A stretch of 32,257 nt of DNA from NCBI GenBank assembly GCA_003557565.1, contig PWOG01000004.1, positions 1 to 32,257 on the forward strand, given 5' to 3'. The DNA is from Desulfobulbaceae bacterium. Its GTDB lineage: Bacteria; Desulfobacterota; Desulfobulbia; Desulfobulbales; Desulfurivibrionaceae. The stretch's first letter is position 1. Each line of letters opens with the position of its first letter. The translations under genes and the position numbers were made by a program. Shown in pieces: positions 28,944 through 32,257 of this stretch. The notes beneath the pieces are model-generated. The model had not been told where the DNA came from. It searched no databases and saw only the letters and a program-made list of their open reading frames with translations.

Positions 28944-29033
28944 GTAATTATCCGGGGTACCGGGCCGGACAGTTACCTTGCCACCTGGTTTTTCGTAACC
29001 GCTCACCAGGGCCAGCAACCTGTAAATTTAACG
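28944..29033. repeat. Two short GTAA...TTAC-type palindromes in tandem
   Basis: GTAATTATCCGG..CCGGACAGTTAC (28944-28976) and the more degenerate CGTAACCGCTCACCAGG..CCTGTAAATTTAACG (28994-29033). Confidence 0.55.
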
Positions 29034-29035
29034 GG

Positions 29036-29147
29036 ACGTAACCGAACAGCCGTGCCGCAGATTCTGGTAAGCAGCCCGGCGCGGCGTACATAGGGTACTC
29101 AAGCCGGGCTGGTCGCCCGAAGGTGTGGTGCGGCTGTTCGGTTACGT
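29036..29147. repeat. Palindromic intergenic repeat, copy C (best preserved)
   Basis: 17-bp perfect terminal IR ACGTAACCGAACAGCCG / CGGCTGTTCGGTTACGT, extended by G-U pairs. Inner stem CAGCCCGGC / GCCGGGCTG around GCGTACATAGGGTAC. Confidence 0.85.
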
Positions 29148-29150
29148 TTT

Positions 29151-30818
29151 TCAGCCACGGTCCGGTGGCGTCTTTTCCTTTGCCGCCGCCAGGGTGACCA
29201 GAAGCTCCAGGAAACTTTTGACCTCCCCGGGGTCGGCCAGGGCATAGTCGGCGGCGGTGGGACGGGACTCGTGATCGCGCACGGCAATCCCCAGCCCGCG
29301 ACCGGCAAGGGCCCGGAAGGCATACTCATCGGTGATATCGTCGCCGACATAAAACGGCACCACCCCGGGACCGTCAAGACCCAGCTGCTCCAGCAGCCAG
29401 AGTACCGCCCGGCCCTTGTTCCAGGCGATGCCGGGCTGGATCTCGAACACCTTCTTGCCCAGGCCCCGGTGCAGGCCCTGATGATCGGCCAGCACCCGCT
29501 CCACCACATCTTCAATCTGCGGTACATCCTTTTCGTCCACCCGGCGGTAATGCACCGCGATCGAAAAACGTTTACGCTCCACGGCGTGGCCCTCGATTCC
29601 GGACAGCCCGTCGCGCAAGCGCTCTTCCACCCGGTCGAGCTCGGGCAAAAAATCGGCGCCCTTTTCCAGGCTTTTGCTCCACCCCTGGGGGCCGGCGATT
29701 TCAAAACCGTGACTGCCGGCATAAAAAACCGACTCAATACCCACCAGTTCCTGCAGCTTCTTAAGATCGCGCCCGCTGACGATGGCGACCTTGCAGTGCC
29801 GGGCCAGCTCGGTAACGGCACGGCGCATGTCAGCCCCGAGCAGGGCCCGGGTATGATCCTCGACTATGGGGGTAAGGGTGCCGTCGTAATCGAGAAAGAC
29901 CACCGGGGTGCCGGTGGCCAAACGCTGCCGAAGCTCTTTTCTCCCTTCCTCGACGGCGGGCAGATTTGCCAGGGTTTTAACCTTCAGGGTCTGGTCCGAA
30001 TTCAGGACCAGTTCGGCGACATCCCGGACCACGAGCCGGGCACCCGCTTTTTTCAGCTCGTTGCCGTGGTTGTCGCGGTCAACGCCGATCACCAGGCCGA
30101 AGCCGCCCCGCTTGCCGGCTTCGACTCCGGCGATGGCATCTTCCAGGACAGCGGCCTGTTCCGGTTCCACATTCAGGCGGGACGCGGCTTCCAGCAACAT
30201 CGCCGGCTCCGGCTTGCCGGGCAGACCAAGCTCGGCCAGGTCACTGCCGTCAACGCTGACGTCGAACAATTCAGCCGCTTGCGCGTTGTCCAGTACCGCT
30301 GCGGCGTTGCGGCTGGCGGAAAAAACCGCCACCTTGAGGCCGCCCTGTCGCAGCTCCATAATCAGCCGCCGGGTTCCGGGATAAACCTCGACCCGGTTCT
30401 CCTTCAGCCAGGCGTTGAAGTAATCGTTCTTGCGATTGCCCAGGCCGCAGATGGTCTCCCGCTCCGGGGGATCACTCTCGTCGCCGTATGGCAGCTCAAT
30501 GCCTCGGGAATCAAGAAAGCTCCCGACTCCTTCGTAGCGTGGCTTGCCGTCGATATAGCGGCGATAATCGCGATCGGGATCGAAGGGAGACAGGGTTTCA
30601 CCGCCGCCGGAGGCGCGCCCCTGCAGGAATTCGGTAAACAGGCGCTGCCAGGCGGCAATATGGGCAGTGGCGGTATCGGTGACCACCCCGTCCATATCGA
30701 AGAGCACCCCGGCAAGCGCCGGCAACGGGCCGGCGGCGCCGGTGGTCGATTGCGGCACTCTGTGACCGTTTACCATTTTGCCACCGTGATCACTAACATG
30801 TGCACTGGCACCCATCAT
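29151..30818 (-). CDS. otsB: Beta-phosphoglucomutase-like HAD domain fused to trehalose-6-phosphate phosphatase
   Basis: HAD1: FDMDGVVTDT, GKPEP, LEDAIAGV. T6PP: FLDYDGTLTPI, IVSGR, YAGSHG, WNKG, VGDDITDE. Alternative start at ATG 30776. Confidence 0.92.
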   Translation of the reverse strand: MMGASAHVSDHGGKMVNGHRVPQSTTGAAGPLPALAGVLFDMDGVVTDTATAHIAAWQRLFTEFLQGRASGGGETLSPFDPDRDYRRYIDGKPRYEGVGSFLDSRGIELPYGDESDPPERETICGLGNRKNDYFNAWLKENRVEVYPGTRRLIMELRQGGLKVAVFSASRNAAAVLDNAQAAELFDVSVDGSDLAELGLPGKPEPAMLLEAASRLNVEPEQAAVLEDAIAGVEAGKRGGFGLVIGVDRDNHGNELKKAGARLVVRDVAELVLNSDQTLKVKTLANLPAVEEGRKELRQRLATGTPVVFLDYDGTLTPIVEDHTRALLGADMRRAVTELARHCKVAIVSGRDLKKLQELVGIESVFYAGSHGFEIAGPQGWSKSLEKGADFLPELDRVEERLRDGLSGIEGHAVERKRFSIAVHYRRVDEKDVPQIEDVVERVLADHQGLHRGLGKKVFEIQPGIAWNKGRAVLWLLEQLGLDGPGVVPFYVGDDITDEYAFRALAGRGLGIAVRDHESRPTAADYALADPGEVKSFLELLVTLAAAKEKTPPDRG

Positions 30819-30924
30819 CGAGGAAAAGCGGCCGCCCCTTCCGCCGCTCTTGTGGTGCCCTGCTCAGCCACGGCCTGTTCAAAAAAAGAGGCATGAGTTT
30901 TCTCCGCGATTTGTCAAAATATCT

Positions 30925-31212
30925 TTAATTACCCAGCAGAATTTTCACCACACCAAGCACTCCCAACAGGGTCAAAATGCACAAAATAATGCCGATCACC
31001 GCTATCCATCGCTGAACCGGGGACCTCAGGGCAAACAACCCGACCACAATCCCGGCAATCGCCGGAACAAATGCAAGCGGCCGAAAAAAGATCAGGGCAA
31101 TCAAGCTGACCAGGCCAAGAATCAAGGCTGAAACTGCGGCGAAATTCTTTTGATTGCTGCCTTCGCCTTCCAACCCTGATGTTTGATAATCCACAGTTCT
31201 CGGTGTCGTCAT
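30925..31212 (-). CDS. Small membrane protein (DUF4190-like)
   Basis: SD AGGAGAGG before ATG 31212. Pattern AAVSALILGLVS..AIAGIVVG..AVIGIILC. Confidence 0.7.
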   Translation of the reverse strand: MTTPRTVDYQTSGLEGEGSNQKNFAAVSALILGLVSLIALIFFRPLAFVPAIAGIVVGLFALRSPVQRWIAVIGIILCILTLLGVLGVVKILLGN

Positions 31213-31259
31213 GTCGCCTCTCCTTTTGCTCGTATAATCCTGGCATCCCGCACCCTCAA

Positions 31260-31295
31260 AAAACCCTTGACAAGGGTTTTCCATGATTTGATAGT
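31260..31295 (+). promoter_or_regulatory. Perfect palindrome over a sigma70 -35 box; candidate operator/promoter upstream of amrB
   Basis: AAAACCCTTG-A-CAAGGGTTTT (31260-31280) contains TTGACA (31267-31272). GATAGT lies 17 bp downstream. Confidence 0.45.
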
Positions 31296-31437
31296 TTCAG
31301 TATATGTTTTTTCCGGCGAAAGGATCAAGGCGAAGTTGCCAGCAGAAGAAAAAGTTAAATAAACAGCATGGTTATTCTGTCGGCGCGGCCATGAATTCAG
31401 GGCGCCGTGGAGCAGGCTTTGCTGGCGGGAGGAGGTT

Positions 31438-32257
31438 ATGCTCAGAACTCCGGCGGTGGCGCACCAGTTTTATCCCGGAGAGGCCGGGGAGTTAAGAAAA
31501 ATGCTGGACCGGCTGGTCCCCGGCGGCCCCGATGGGGTTGACACAAAACCGGCTCAGGCCGTGGTGATGCCCCATGCCGGTTATGTTTATTCCGGCGGGG
31601 TGGCCGGGGAGACCGTTTCCCGGGTGGCGGTGCCCGAGGATGTCATTGTGCTGGGACCAAACCACCATGGGGTAGGGGCACCGGCGGCTCTGATGGCCGA
31701 GGGCGGCTGGCGGATGCCCATGGGAGAGGTGCCGATCAACAAAGAACTGGCGGGGATCATCAGGCGGCATTGCCCCGAGATCAAGGTCGATGAGCGAGCC
31801 CATCAGGCGGAGCATTCCCTGGAGGTGCTGGTGCCGTTTCTCCAGTACCGCCAGCCCCGACTCAAAATCGTGCCGCTCTGCCTTGCCCGGCTGAGCTTGG
31901 CCGATTGTCAGCTGATCGGCCGGGCCCTGGCCGCCTCTATACAAGATTACGCCAGGGATTTTAACCGGCCGGTCCTGCTGGCGGCCAGTACCGACATGAC
32001 CCATTTTGAAAGCCGCCAAAGCGCCAGTGCCAAGGATCGACAAGCCATCGACCGGGTTCTGGCCCTGGACCCGGAAGGGCTTTACCAGACCGTGGTTGAG
32101 CAGCAGATCAGCATGTGCGGGGTTATCCCCACGGTAATCACCCTCATCGCCGCCCTGGCCGCCGGGGCCGGCCAGGCCGAACTGGTTCGCTACAGTGATT
32201 CCGGAGAGGCCAGCGGCGACACCAACCACGTGGTGGGTTACGCCGGGTTCATCATCC
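31438..32257 (+). CDS. amrB: AmmeMemoRadiSam system protein B (MEMO1 family); 3' partial
   Basis: Absent from the ORF track because it has no stop in the window. SD GGAGG then MLRTPAVAHQFYP; motifs MPHAGYVYSG, LGPNHHG, EHSLEV, ASTDMTHF, SMCG and VVGYAG. Confidence 0.93.
   Translation, partial: MLRTPAVAHQFYPGEAGELRKMLDRLVPGGPDGVDTKPAQAVVMPHAGYVYSGGVAGETVSRVAVPEDVIVLGPNHHGVGAPAALMAEGGWRMPMGEVPINKELAGIIRRHCPEIKVDERAHQAEHSLEVLVPFLQYRQPRLKIVPLCLARLSLADCQLIGRALAASIQDYARDFNRPVLLAASTDMTHFESRQSASAKDRQAIDRVLALDPEGLYQTVVEQQISMCGVIPTVITLIAALAAGAGQAELVRYSDSGEASGDTNHVVGYAGFII

Noticed and set aside
28920-29018. N-terminal extension of GH65 to 29018
   Set aside because: It runs through the palindromic repeats. 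GH65-like sequence and an SD begin at ATG 28919.

Overview
GC-rich bacterial window. Gene content suggests a Desulfobacterota / Desulfobulbales-like anaerobe (inference only). It carries about 25 protein genes: the 3' end of fprA, a CMD-family gene, a phasin-like plus ABC1/UbiB kinase pair, MepM, a frameshifted AT-rich PAP2 gene, a signal-peptide DUF151-PDZ protein, a sulfotransferase-like gene, an outer-membrane beta-barrel, a 1922-aa CheB-CheR-PAS-HK-REC-REC-Hpt hybrid, a LysR / exported rhodanese / VTT-FeS-CCG module, an HI0933 flavoprotein, two small c-type cytochromes, DUF2071, transketolase, a CBS protein, a HAD-OtsB / GH65 / APC permease / methyltransferase cluster, and the AmmeMemoRadiSam B gene (incomplete at the window end). 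Two things are not in the ORF track. (1) A candidate 53-aa two-helix membrane selenoprotein at 8086-8247 with a CxxU motif and a correctly placed SECIS-like hairpin. (2) A family of intergenic palindromic GTAA...TTAC repeats with a shared internal core (4535-4662, 6818-6959, 29036-29147, plus short copies). No rRNA, tRNA, CRISPR array or transposase was seen.
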